From Candidatus Marinacidobacterales bacterium (GTDB lineage: Bacteria; Acidobacteriota; Vicinamibacteria; Marinacidobacterales; SMYC01), in NCBI GenBank assembly GCA_965237955.1, contig OZ250169.1:960001-1024000 (forward strand): a stretch of 64,000 bases of DNA. The letters run 5' to 3'. The position numbers and the translations under genes are program-made. The stretch's first letter is position 1; each line of letters opens with the position of its first letter. Below the pieces are notes generated by a model. It was given only the letters and a program-made list of their open reading frames with translations. It was not told the origin of the DNA and searched no databases. Below, piece by piece: positions 21,478-31,666 of the stretch.

Positions 21478-23139
21478 TCACAGCGTTTTGACGAGCACTC
21501 GCTGTTTCTCCCAATCGTCGGGAAGTGGATGATGCAAGAGGTAGCTCGAGGTCAGCCCAACGGGCTGGCGGCCTTCGACAATGGCGCGGACGATGTCGGG
21601 AGCCAGGAAGGCATAACGGATTGCCTTGCGCACGCGGTCCGTTGGGATGGCGTTTTCGGTGGCAATCTGCTCATAGGTTTTGCCTGCTTTGATTCGGTCG
21701 AGCCAGGAGCGGGCGTTTCTGATATTGCGCAGGAGTGTGCGGTCGACGGATTTCGTGGGGTTGCCCAGAACGAGCTTGGTCTCGACGCTGCGTCGACGCA
21801 AGCGGAACGGTGCGAGGATGCGGAGTGCATCCTCGCGAATGCGTTCGGGTCCCATAGAGAGGCAAGCAGCGAACGCATTGCGGTCGAGCAGGATGGACAC
21901 AGAGCCGGGGCTGATGTCGACCCGCCGGATAAGACGGAGCAGGGGGGCTGCCGAGGCACTATCATCATTACTACCGGAACACAGCCCGTCTAAAAAGCGA
22001 CGCACCGAGGCGAGCTCTTGCATCGTCGGAGTGTGGATCAACGAGGCCGAGAAGGTCGTGGCATCCACATGCTGTCGGATGAGATGCACGGCGGTCTGTT
22101 CCAGCATCGGGGCGGGCAGTCGCCAGCCGGAGAGGTCCTTTTGGCCACTGTGCTGGATGAGGCGCCGGGAGACGTAGTAGCGGAGCCGTTGCCCGTTTTT
22201 CTTTTTGGTGTGGCTCGGCGTCAGCCGGTCCCCGGTCTCGTCGAAGAGCTTGCCTGCCAGTGGGGAACGGGCGGCACGGCCCTTCGTCGTGCGTCTCCTT
22301 GGTTTGGCAGCCCCTGCCTGCAGCTGCGTTTGGACCGCGTCCCAGAGCTCCGGAGCAATGATCGATGGATGCTGGCCCTCGTAGACACGCCTCTGGTGCC
22401 GGATGCGGCCGGCGTAGAGAGGATTGGTCAGCAGGCAGTGGAGGTGTCCGCGACGGAACGGCAGCCCGCCCGTTCGGGTTCCATCCGCGGTGAAGCGTTG
22501 CTTGGTACGCAGTCTCAGACGGTCCGCCTCGGCCTTCACCTGCCGGAGCGTTTCGTGCTTTCGGTACAGCGCATAGAGCGTCCGGACCGTTTCGGCCTCA
22601 GCCTCGTTGATGCGCAGCGTGCGCCCGTCCTTCTCATAGCCGAGCGGTACGCGGCCGCCCATCCATAGTCCCTTGCGCTTGGAGGCAGCGACCTTATCGC
22701 GGATCCGCTCGGCCGTGACCTCGCGTTCGAATTGTGCGAAGGACAGCAGCATATGCAGCGTCAGTCGTCCCATGCTGGTCGCGGTGTTGAAGGACTGAGT
22801 CACCGAGACGAAAACCGCGCCGGCCGCCTCGAGCCGCTCGACGAGCTTTGCAAAGTCGGAGAGGGAACGGGTCAGCCGGTCGACCTTGTAGACCACAATC
22901 TGGTCGACGAGACCTGCGTCGATGTCGGCGAGCAAGCGCTGGAGGCCCGGGCGCTCCAGGGTTCCTCCCGAGATCCCCGCGTCCTCGTAGACGGTTGGCA
23001 GCAGCACCCAGCCCTCCGCCTTGTGGCTCGCGACATACGCGGCGCAGGCCTCTCGCTGCGCATCGAGGGAGTTGAACTCCTGTTCGAGACCCTCTTCCGC
23101 GCTCTTTCGCGTATAGATGGCGCAACGGATTTTCTTCAT
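21478..23139 (-). CDS. Large serine recombinase (resolvase + recombinase domains)
   Basis: CAIYTRKS, FNSLDAQREAC, VYKVDRLTRSL, SFAQFEREVTAERIRDK, GLWMGG.VPLGY. Confidence 0.93.
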   Translation of the reverse strand: MKKIRCAIYTRKSAEEGLEQEFNSLDAQREACAAYVASHKAEGWVLLPTVYEDAGISGGTLERPGLQRLLADIDAGLVDQIVVYKVDRLTRSLSDFAKLVERLEAAGAVFVSVTQSFNTATSMGRLTLHMLLSFAQFEREVTAERIRDKVAASKRKGLWMGGRVPLGYEKDGRTLRINEAEAETVRTLYALYRKHETLRQVKAEADRLRLRTKQRFTADGTRTGGLPFRRGHLHCLLTNPLYAGRIRHQRRVYEGQHPSIIAPELWDAVQTQLQAGAAKPRRRTTKGRAARSPLAGKLFDETGDRLTPSHTKKKNGQRLRYYVSRRLIQHSGQKDLSGWRLPAPMLEQTAVHLIRQHVDATTFSASLIHTPTMQELASVRRFLDGLCSGSNDDSASAAPLLRLIRRVDISPGSVSILLDRNAFAACLSMGPERIREDALRILAPFRLRRRSVETKLVLGNPTKSVDRTLLRNIRNARSWLDRIKAGKTYEQIATENAIPTDRVRKAIRYAFLAPDIVRAIVEGRQPVGLTSSYLLHHPLPDDWEKQRVLVKTL

Positions 23140-23140
23140 G

Positions 23141-23578
23141 TTAGGCCTTGCGCTTGGGCGTCAGACCGAAAAAGCGTGGTCCTGACCAGTGGGTGCCGGT
23201 GATTCGCTTTGCGATGGTAGTGAGGGACGGATAGGTTTTGCCATCGAACCGATAGCCGTTGTCGATTACCTCGACCTGGTAGGTCCGGCCATTCCACTCG
23301 CGGACGAGATGGGTGCCGGCAGAAACGGACCCTGCGGGAGCGGCGGCGCCGTTGCCTGGCGTCCCGTTCGCCATGGCGGCCAGAGCGCGCCGGGTTGCGG
23401 CCGAAAGCCCGCCATGAGTCCGGCACTGGCGTTCGTACGCCAGAACACGGCACAGGAAAACGCGAGAGAGCGAGCGTGGGGGAGCAGCCCCGAAGGCCTG
23501 CTCCCAGACCCGCTGTAAGCTGGCGAAGTCCAAACCGTCCAAAACGACGTTCCGGCCAACCCCTGTATTCTGCGGCAT
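23141..23578 (-). CDS. DUF2924 domain protein
   Basis: GTHLVREWNGRTYQVEV...YPSLTTIAKRITGTHWSGPRFFGL; the usual partner upstream of this recombinase type. Confidence 0.9.
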   Translation of the reverse strand: MPQNTGVGRNVVLDGLDFASLQRVWEQAFGAAPPRSLSRVFLCRVLAYERQCRTHGGLSAATRRALAAMANGTPGNGAAAPAGSVSAGTHLVREWNGRTYQVEVIDNGYRFDGKTYPSLTTIAKRITGTHWSGPRFFGLTPKRKA

Positions 23579-23675
23579 CACCGAACGTTCGCTCTTGTGC
23601 TCGATAAAGTCCAGTCTAATGAGGGGCTTCCGGGTGCGCAGTCCGCTGCCCGCAGCTCGCCCCGCAGCCCAAGGG

Positions 23676-24090
23676 TCGGCGGATTCCAAGGGCGTCTAAG
23701 CTGCTGATTTGTGGTCTATTTCAAGAGGGCCGAGTTTTGGCACAGGACGCGGTTCTCCTCTTGCTGGTAGTCGATCACATCCTGCTGCTGGCGGTTGACC
23801 CAGCCAGCTAGAACGAGCAGTAGGAATTGCGCGTGGTACGTCATCATGGATCTGAAGATAACACCCTCGGGCCAGACGATTGTAAAGCCTACGGCCCTTG
23901 GCCCGGTCGCAAACACAGACACTAAGCTGCTGATTTATGGTCTATTTCAAAAGGGCCGAGTTTTGGCACAGGACGGGGTCGGAAGCCAGCCCTGCGGCGC
24001 GAAATACCCTCGATTCTGCGCGGATTCCAAGGGCGTCTAAGCTGCTGATTTGTGGTCTATTTCAAAAGGGTCGAGTTTTGGCACAGGACG
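23676..24090 (+). repeat. Head-to-tail stack of three ACG-type element ends (ending 23749, 23975, 24090) enclosing a 5' scrap of the rve transposase
   Basis: ctaagctgctgattt(a/g)tggtctatttcaa(a/g)aggg(c/t)cgagttttggcacaggacg occurs three times in the same orientation. Confidence 0.92.
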
Positions 24091-24240
24091 AATCAGTTCG
24101 GGATACGCACGGAACCGTTTGGCAGCCCAACTTACTCCCCGACGGTCGCTTGGGATTCAGGCTTGTCCATCTCAGCCATCCGGTTCAATACATTGCACCC
24201 GATCCTTGCCTCCCGCTTCTGCGATTCGTAGTCGCGATCC
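24091..24240 (-). pseudogene. Second IS5 (IS903-like) 3' remnant, paralogous to 908..1050
   Basis: aatcagttcggga(t/c)acgcacgg...ccttgcctcccgcttctgcgattcgtag is shared with 908..1048. Confidence 0.8.
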
Positions 24241-24406
24241 GCTTACGCCGGCGATGTTGGCGTACGCTCCTGCTCTCATCTCTGTCTTCAGGGCTCGTCG
24301 CAAGCACCGATCGGTCGGCACCGCAGCCGCGTCGTGACAGTGGCTCTCCCCTCCGTACATCGGCCGTCTCCGCCACTTTGACTTAGAGGCCGCAGACTTG
24401 CCTGGC

Positions 24407-25486
24407 TCACGCCAGCCCACTTCCCGACCGCCTAACGACGTCGGCCGAGTGTGCGGAGTCCCTTATCCGCATTACATCGCCGAGCGTGATCCCTTCCTTG
24501 ACCGTGAGAATCAACCCGATTGTCAATACTGGTAGGTTGTGCAGAAGGTGTGCAGCGATCGCCGCTGCCACGGTAGGCTCCGCCTCCACTGCATAGACCT
24601 GTGTAAGGGCAAGCCGGTAGGCTTCATGGAATCCCCCCACCATGCCGGGAGTCGGGATCGAAACACCGACGGTGAGGAACGCAATCACGAGGAAGCTGGC
24701 ATGGACCGGCAACTCGACGTCGAAGGCGCGGTAGCTGCAGTGTATGCCCAAAGCTATAGCGAACCACACGAGCAAAGATTGACCAAAGATCGCACCGAGA
24801 TGTGCTGGTGAAGCCTTAAGCACTGCGAGCCCATCTCCGAATGATCGAAGTATGCGAGTGGCGACCGACGCAGGGCGGGCCGGGAGTCGACGCAACAAGC
24901 CCCGCACGAATCGCATCGTTAGCTCATTTTGAAGTTGAAACGCAAACAACAGTCCGCCTAAGACCATGGCGAACAAACCGGCAATCGCGCCCGCCACTTT
25001 CAAGACCCCTATTAGAGGTCCGATCTGCTGCACCGACGGCGTTGGGAGAACGTATAGGTACAAGCTGAACAGAAGGAGCACTGTCACCAGATCTACTAGT
25101 CGTTCTAAAACGATTGACGCAAAAGCAGTTGGGAAGGGCACACAATGGTGGCGCCCGATCAAATATGGCCGCAGAAGCTCGGCAGCTCGTGGAATGAAAA
25201 GTGCTGCCATGAAGCCCACGAACGTGGCCGAAACGAGGCGGCCTAAAGGGACTTGGACCACAGGCTTTAGCAGGTAACCCCAGCGCCACGCTCGGACTAA
25301 GAACGTGAGGAGCGATGCCAGGACAACGCCGAGCAGATAGCCCCGGTGTGCACCGCGGTACCTGTCTGCCAGCGCAGTCCATTCGATGCCGCGGAAAAAG
25401 AGGAACAGTAGCACCGCCATGGCTGTGATTCCTAGTACCCAGCGGCCGGATCGTTGCACCTGGCCTAACCTCACCGGCACCTCCAC
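24407..25486 (-). CDS. Lysylphosphatidylglycerol synthase TM / flippase-like membrane protein
   Basis: Multiple TM segments; RAWRW..LL, P.RAAELLRPY, SIVLERLVD, PTPGMVGGFH. Confidence 0.85.
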   Translation of the reverse strand: MEVPVRLGQVQRSGRWVLGITAMAVLLFLFFRGIEWTALADRYRGAHRGYLLGVVLASLLTFLVRAWRWGYLLKPVVQVPLGRLVSATFVGFMAALFIPRAAELLRPYLIGRHHCVPFPTAFASIVLERLVDLVTVLLLFSLYLYVLPTPSVQQIGPLIGVLKVAGAIAGLFAMVLGGLLFAFQLQNELTMRFVRGLLRRLPARPASVATRILRSFGDGLAVLKASPAHLGAIFGQSLLVWFAIALGIHCSYRAFDVELPVHASFLVIAFLTVGVSIPTPGMVGGFHEAYRLALTQVYAVEAEPTVAAAIAAHLLHNLPVLTIGLILTVKEGITLGDVMRIRDSAHSADVVRRSGSGLA

Positions 25487-25531
25487 GCATCAGGAGAGTC
25501 GACTGTCAAGAACGGAAAGTCGGCGTGTTCG

Positions 25532-25661
25532 CGTCGTGTCCAAAAATACAAACGAACTCTAAGACCCACGCGCCGGGACGTCACCGAGTTCATCTATCAT
25601 TCATCATGGAGAGCGCAACCATTAAGGGCTTGGCAACGCGTTTGTGTTTTTGGACACGACG
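25532..25661. mobile_element. 130-bp mini-element (MITE) of the ACG-end family carrying a transposase scrap
   Basis: TIRs cgtcgtgtccaaaaa(t/c)acaaacg. The interior encodes HHGERNH*GLGNA, the rve transposase C-terminal motif. Confidence 0.8.
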
Positions 25662-27160
25662 CGGTCGAAAACTTCCCTCTCCCCGAGTTGGAGCCGCGCT
25701 ATCGGGAAGATCTCGGCTCCCCCCCGCGGCAGCGACAAAGTCAGAGGCCGAGAGTTCGCCTTCCGAAAGCAGAATCCACAGGAGCCGCATAACTTGGTCG
25801 CGATTTTGCAAGAGCGCCCGCAACAAACCCTCCCGGCGGTCTTCGGGTGCTCCCTCGAGTGGAAGATTGAGTGCGAAGCGAACCTGCGCATCTTGATTCT
25901 TGTACGAGGTGTTTATTTCGAATGCAAAGAAGCTCGTCAACGCCGCGGACGAGAGCATCTCGAAGCGTGCGACGGCCCGGCGTTTCGACTGTGCTTCGAG
26001 AGCCACCGACGCGTCAAAACGAAGCGACGTCGGCCAGACACGCACACTACAACCCGCCGGGACAATAGCACCGGAAGAGCGCCGAACCAGATCGATGCTG
26101 TACGTGCGGTCGTCCGCATTCGGCAAAACCTTCGCCGTGAGCTTTGCTGCAGCGATCTGTGAGCGTGCCACGTTCAGCCGTCTTTCCAATTCAGCTTTCG
26201 CTTCGTCGGTGGAAGGGGGCACGTCCCCGCTCGGCGTGAAAGGTTGAAGGAGATCGCGCAATGTTGGAGCATTGTGTACACCTCCTTCTCCCAGCAGCAC
26301 ATCGATGCCGACACGGGTCTTCTTTCCTACGAGCTCGACCAGGAATTCGACGTTGCGCTGAAAAGCCGCAACGGTCGCGTTGGCGGATCCTGTCCACACA
26401 CAAGCATTCCAACCATCGTCGATGACGAAGAGCTTGGCGTGGAGACCAGAAATGGTTGCTTCGTTACCCTCGGAGGCGAGATCGACTTCCGTTCCCTCGG
26501 CATCGGCATTTGCCTCTTCGGCAAGGGTGTAGACCTCGAGATCATGCAACGTCTCACGAGGAAGTCTTTCGAGCTCTTCTGGCCGGGACACGAGTACGAC
26601 TCGCTTTCGCCTAGCCGCAATGCGATCAATCGTGCTCGAGGTCACAAAAGGTGAAACGATCACGCAAGGCCGCCGGTTCTTGGGGAATGGCCAGAGCGCG
26701 CGCGGATGCATCCCGAGCGGGTGAAACGCCACTTCTTCAAAACCTTCGGGCAACTCGAATTCCACACGCCGCACCTCGTCCTGCATTTGCTCGATCCCAG
26801 AGGCAACCTCCGCAGGCAGCGGATGAAGCGTCATCTTCGGGAGCGCGGAAAAGAACTCGCCCAGCGGGCGATTGACGCCGAAAGCATTGCGGCGTTTAGT
26901 GAGATGGCCGTCCAGAACCAAGGCCGTATCCCATGAGCGGTCGAACGTGAGGTTGCGCGATAGGCAGAGCAGCCGGTACCGAACGGGCTCCCCGTCGTCG
27001 GTGGCGACGTAGCGTAGCAGCCAGACCTTCGGATGGAAGACACCACCCTTGTGCGGCGCCTCGACTTCGAAGACTGAATCCTCAAGGTACGCGAGCAGCG
27101 TCTGCCCCGGAGCCGGAACCTTCACCCGTTCAGCCTGACAGAAAAGATGGATGCGCTGCG
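25662..27160 (-). pseudogene. Phospholipase D-family protein, truncated at both ends
   Basis: FHPKVWLLRY...SRNLTFDRSWD and LHAKLFVID...TGSANAT motifs. Cut by an IS256 fragment at the N-terminus and by the MITE at the C-terminus. Confidence 0.85.
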
Positions 27161-27654
27161 CATGGCACAAGCGCGTCAACTTGCTCGAACATTGCCCGGC
27201 GCACGCACGCCGTGAGCTCCGGCGTGACTACAACCGGATCGTCTACGCCAAGAACGGGATCGATGCTCGCAAAGCCTATGACGAGCTCGTCGCCAAGTGG
27301 ACGCCTCTCGCGCCGGCCGTCGTCCGAAGCCTAGAGGAGGCCGGTAATCAGCTGCTGACCTTCTATGAATTCCCTCGTGCCATGTGGAAATCGATTCGAA
27401 CGACCAATGCTCTGGAGAATCTCAACCGCGAGTTTCGACGCCGGACGAAAACCCAAGCGTCGTTCTCCAGCGAGGAGTCCGCGGTCGCTTTGCTGTTTGG
27501 GCTTATCGCCTCTGGCCAGATTCAACTACGACGCATCGACGGCTACCAACGTCTGAGCGAGGTTCTCGAACACGCGGAGGTTGCCGCCTGATCTGATACT
27601 CTGATGACGGAGTGGAGGGCGCCGTTCTTTTTCCACGGACCTCGGGACACATCC
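27153..27654 (+). mobile_element. IS256-family 3' fragment with right IR
   Basis: RCAWHK..N and IRTTNALENLNREFRRRTK motifs; IR-like ttccacggacctcgggacacatcc. Confidence 0.85.
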
Positions 27655-29187
27655 TCGAAGACGGTTGCATGACCTTGATGCCACCACTTTTCCGATTGGG
27701 AATAGGTATGAACCAAGGGATTATGGGGTGAATCAGTCCATGGCCCTGTCGGCGACGCGGACCGAGCGACGACCGCCATGTGAGCCGTTGACGGTCCACC
27801 CGTTCCGCCCATTGCAGATACCAAATAGTAAAAGCCGCTCTTGAAAAATAGTTTGGGACTTTCCAAACCTTTAGTTTCCACAATCCACTCTTTGGGATAT
27901 TCCCAGCCGTCGTATACAAGTTCTGGAGGAGCCGTGACTCTCAATCCACCCTCGGAAAGCGGCATCACGAAGCCAACATCGGTATGAAGATACTTCTTAC
28001 CTTCTGGCGTTTGAATGAATCCGGGGTCACCGCCAACGTAAAGATCATCCTCGATAGGGTCTCTATCGACTCGGATGGGCTCGCTCCAGGGTCCTTCCGG
28101 CTTTTCGGAGTTGATTACGAAGTTAAATGACCCCCGGCAGAGCCGGGGGCTTATCTTTGTTAGCCCCTCAAAGGGGCAGGTTCATGAGCCGCCTGAAGGC
28201 GGCTGAACCACTATTGGGCCTTCTTGGCCGACCAAACCAGATTCAGCTGCTCTAGGCGTTGATCCTCCTTTTCTTGGTGCCGGATGTATTCACGAACAAC
28301 TTCTTCATCCAAACCTACCGTGGACACGAAGTAGCCCCTCGCCCAGAAACTCTCCCCCGTGAAGTTACGCTTGCGCCTCAGGAAGTTTCGAGCTATCGAA
28401 ATTGCGCTTTTCCCCTTCGGAAGCCCACCACACTCGACACCGCAAACTTCGGTGGAATGCTGATGCACATGTGGACGTGATCGCCCTTCAAATGCCCTTC
28501 CAAGATGCGACTTTCCTTCTGCTTCGCCAGCTCGTGAAAAATCTCTCCCAGATGCCGCCGAATCGCCCCGTAGATTTTCTTCCGTCGGTATTTGGGGATA
28601 AAGACAACATGGTATTTGCAGTCGTACCGCATGTGCGATAGGCTTTCGTAGTTTTTCATTGAGTCCTCCTTGTTTGGAAGTTGGCGCTTTCCAAGGGGGA
28701 CTTTGTTATTACTGCCTCACACGGTCAAACCTCTGCGAGTCACCCCGGCAGAGCCGGGGGTTCACCTGTGATAATTAGCCCTGTTAGGTGGTAAAAGCTC
28801 CTTTGCTTTGCCCGGCCAGGAACCAACCGGCATGTAAATATGGAAGTTGAAGTACTGCAAGTCAATGGCCACAATGCCATCCAGGTCGTCAAAAGTATGC
28901 CTGGTGATAGGTCTCCAGTTGACCAGATCACGCGAATGCCACAACATGATTCCAATCTGGCGGGTAAAGGCCATGTAATAGCCTTCCCCGACTCTGACGA
29001 TGGTCGGGTCGGCGTAATCACCCGCCATGATAGGATTTTGGTAATATCCGTTGCCGAGATCTGCACGGGGCTGGTTCTCCGCCTCGACCCGTTCAACTCG
29101 CTTCTTTGCGTCTTCCGTAAGTGTTTGAGAATTCAAACTCCCAACCAAGACAAGTATGGATAGGGTTGAAACAACGACATTCTTCAT
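27655..29187 (-). pseudogene. Secreted GH43 glycoside hydrolase, split by IS200 and truncated by IS256
   Basis: Signal peptide, YQNPIMAGDYADPTIVRVG, HSRDLVNW, EGPWSEPI, GLESPKLF, GYYYL, GPWTDSPHNPL, GHATVFE. Confidence 0.85.
28126..28774 (-). mobile_element. tnpA: IS200/IS605-family element; tnpA 28211..28659 with a 1-nt frameshift
   Basis: HUH motif DHVHM, CKYHVVFIPKYRRK, FWARGYFVSTVG, YIRHQ. Subterminal hairpins ccccggcagagccgggg at both ends. Removal restores GH43 RANFVIN. Confidence 0.9.
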
Positions 29188-29523
29188 TTTCGTGCTCCAT
29201 CGCGGACGAAAGACGCCCGTCAATCGTGTCCGTCGGCTTCCGAACTAAGCTTACGAGACCGTCCATGAGCTCATGGCTGCGGCGGTAGAAGAAGAGGATT
29301 TTTCTCCGTTCACAATACCACCACCGTCTACCCCAGTGACGAGGCTGGTCTCCAACGCGGATGTCCGGTCCTGGGTTTGGCAGGGGGCACTGGGTCGCCA
29401 TCGGCGGGTGGCATCGCCGGCACATGCCCATTTCCACCCTGCCTCGACGCTTTTACTCTTGTCGTCCATCCACGACGACGGAGCCAGCGACGCTACCGCC
29501 CTCCGGCAGGGGTGACGTTCTAC

Positions 29524-30865
29524 CGGTGAATGTCAAGATAGTTGTCGCGAAAAAGGTTAGTCATGCTGCCTGATCTCGATCGTGAGATTCTGTTTTTGTT
29601 CGCTTCGGATTGAGAGTAACTGTTTCTACTGGCGTCCAGTCTCGAGTCTTGCCTGACCAGCGCTCCGGGGTCTTCGCACGCGCGAGTTGGTACACGCGGT
29701 GGCGCTTCGCCAAGATATTCTTGTCGCGTCCTTCATGCCGCTCGTCTGGAGTGACGAAGCGTATGGCACTGTGCCGATGCGCGGTGTTGTACCAGATGAC
29801 GAAAGTCTTGGTCCAGGCGCGAGCATGCTCGACCGAGGAGAAAGCCTCCGAAGGGTATTCCGGCCGGTACTTGAGAGTTCGGAACAGAGCCTCGGAGTAG
29901 GGATTGTCGTCGCTGACGTGGGGTCTGCTGAATGAAGCAACCACACCGAGTTTTTGGAGTGTGGCCAGCATGGTGGAGCCTTTCATGGGACCGCCGTTCT
30001 CCGAATGAAGCACGAGGCCGTCAGGGTCGAGCTTCAAGTAAGCACAGGTCTCCTTGAACAGAGAGGCGGCCAGCTCCGGCGATTCCTTTTCGTGAATCTG
30101 CCATCCGACGATCTTTCGACTCCAAACGTCCTCGATCATATACAGGTAATAGAAACTGCCTCGAACCGGACCACGGAGGTATGTAATATCCCAGGACCAA
30201 AGCTGGTGCGGGCCGGTGGCCTCCTGCTCGTTCGGACGTCTTGACTTGGCGGGTCTCGAACGTTCACGGTGCACCAGTTGCTTGTGCTCGCGCAGTAATC
30301 GATACATCGTGGATTCCGAAGCAAGGTAGATTTCCTGGTCAGCGAGTCGCGGAACAATCTGATTGGGGGATAGGTCGCGCCATTCCGCGGAGTTCACCGT
30401 CTCCAGGATCTCCTGGCGCTCCTCGACGCTCAGCTTGTTCGCTGGAACCGTCCGAGGACCATGGCGCCCATCCTCGACGCCACCGGGCTTACGCCAGCGC
30501 TGAATCGTTTTCACGCTCAATCCCAGTTCGTGGCACACTGAACGCAACCGGGCTCCTGGATGCAACCGCTTCGTCGACGAGGGAGAGGATCATTTCCCGT
30601 TCTTCCACTCCGTGGAGTCGTCCTCGTCCCCCCAGATCGCCGCCGCTTTTTTTTAAGCACCAACAGTGCCGCCGTCTCGGCCAGGGCCTTTTCCTTGCGC
30701 CGCAGCTCCCGCTCGAGCGCTCGCACACGTTTCGCCTCCACCGACGCTTTCTTCCGCGAGCTCTTGCTCTGCAGCGCTTCCATAGATGCCTCCGTGACCC
30801 GGCGCCGCCATTGCTCTAGCTGAGCTTCGTGCAATCCCTTGCGGCGAAGGTACTCACCGAGCTTT
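29524..30865 (-). mobile_element. IS3-family element, 3' part (end of orfA, orfB 29561..~30600, right end)
   Basis: WSWDITYL, LHSENG, SRPHVSDDNPYSEALFRTLKY; A8 slippery run near 30650; end gacaactatcttgaca. Confidence 0.85.
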
Positions 30866-30960
30866 CGCTCCCAACAGCCTTGTGTCGTAGGCATGCACAA
30901 AGAGCCTCGCGACTCGCCAGTCACAGGTGACTAACCCACGATCGGCGAGATGACGGTAGC

Positions 30961-31534
30961 CCCCTGTGTCAGGATAGTTGTCGCATGTCCCGACGCGGCG
31001 CGGCAAGTTATGATTCCGTGCATCCTGGGGTTCTGTATATATCCAGGAGGAGGGTCCTGTGGGAGCTGTGGGAAACCCGGAGGGTTTTCCAAGCGGCTCG
31101 TTGGAATCGCGAAGCGATTTCAAAGGCCCTGTGGAAGACTTGGGGCACGGACGGAGACGAAGCTCGAAAGTTTCCCCAAGTCTTCCATAGGGCCGTCAGC
31201 CGCGGCAGCTTCCATAGGACATCGGCGCGGATGAAAAAACACAAGGGGGAGGAGAAAGAGGTTGTTAGTGAACTATCCGTAAACATTCAGGGAGAAGATG
31301 GTACTGCGCATGAGCGAGCCGGGCGGAATCAGCGCGAACGCGTTGTCGGAGGAAGTAGGAGTTTCCCAGACATCGCTTTCGAAATGGCTTCGAGACGCAG
31401 CTGGGGTTGAGCCTGTGGCGAAGAAGGTGAACGGCAAATCCATCAAGGCGAAGGTCGGAAAGCGTCCGCAAGATTGGACGGCTGCGGAAAAGCTAGAAGC
31501 GGTTCTGGAATCGGCCTCGTTGTCCGAGCAGGAA
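30961..31534 (+). mobile_element. IS3-family element, 5' part (left end plus degraded orfA N-terminus), in the opposite orientation
   Basis: Left end cccctgtgtcaggatagttgtcgc matches the end at 29531. KMVLRM..PGGISANALSEEVGVSQTSLSKW...RPQDWTAAEKL. Confidence 0.75.
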
Positions 31535-31631
31535 GGATTATGAGATTTAAGACCCTTTTAGAGTCCGATTCAAGCCATCCTCTTAGGGGTGGTTGTTGAC
31601 TGGTAGCCACTTTTCAAGTCTCACTAGAAAT

Positions 31632-31654
31632 GGGCGGGGAATTGTTCCCCGCCC
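31632..31654 (-). terminator. Probable intrinsic terminator of the arylsulfotransferase gene
   Basis: Perfect 10-bp stem gggcggggaa-ttg-ttccccgccc, 12 nt past the stop codon, with a short U-rich tail. Confidence 0.6.
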
Positions 31655-31666
31655 TGAGCAATGGGC

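Noticed and set aside
23696-24090. Three ~54-bp direct repeats that look like a CRISPR array
   Set aside because: They are transposon termini; the spacers are unequal and derived from the elements themselves.
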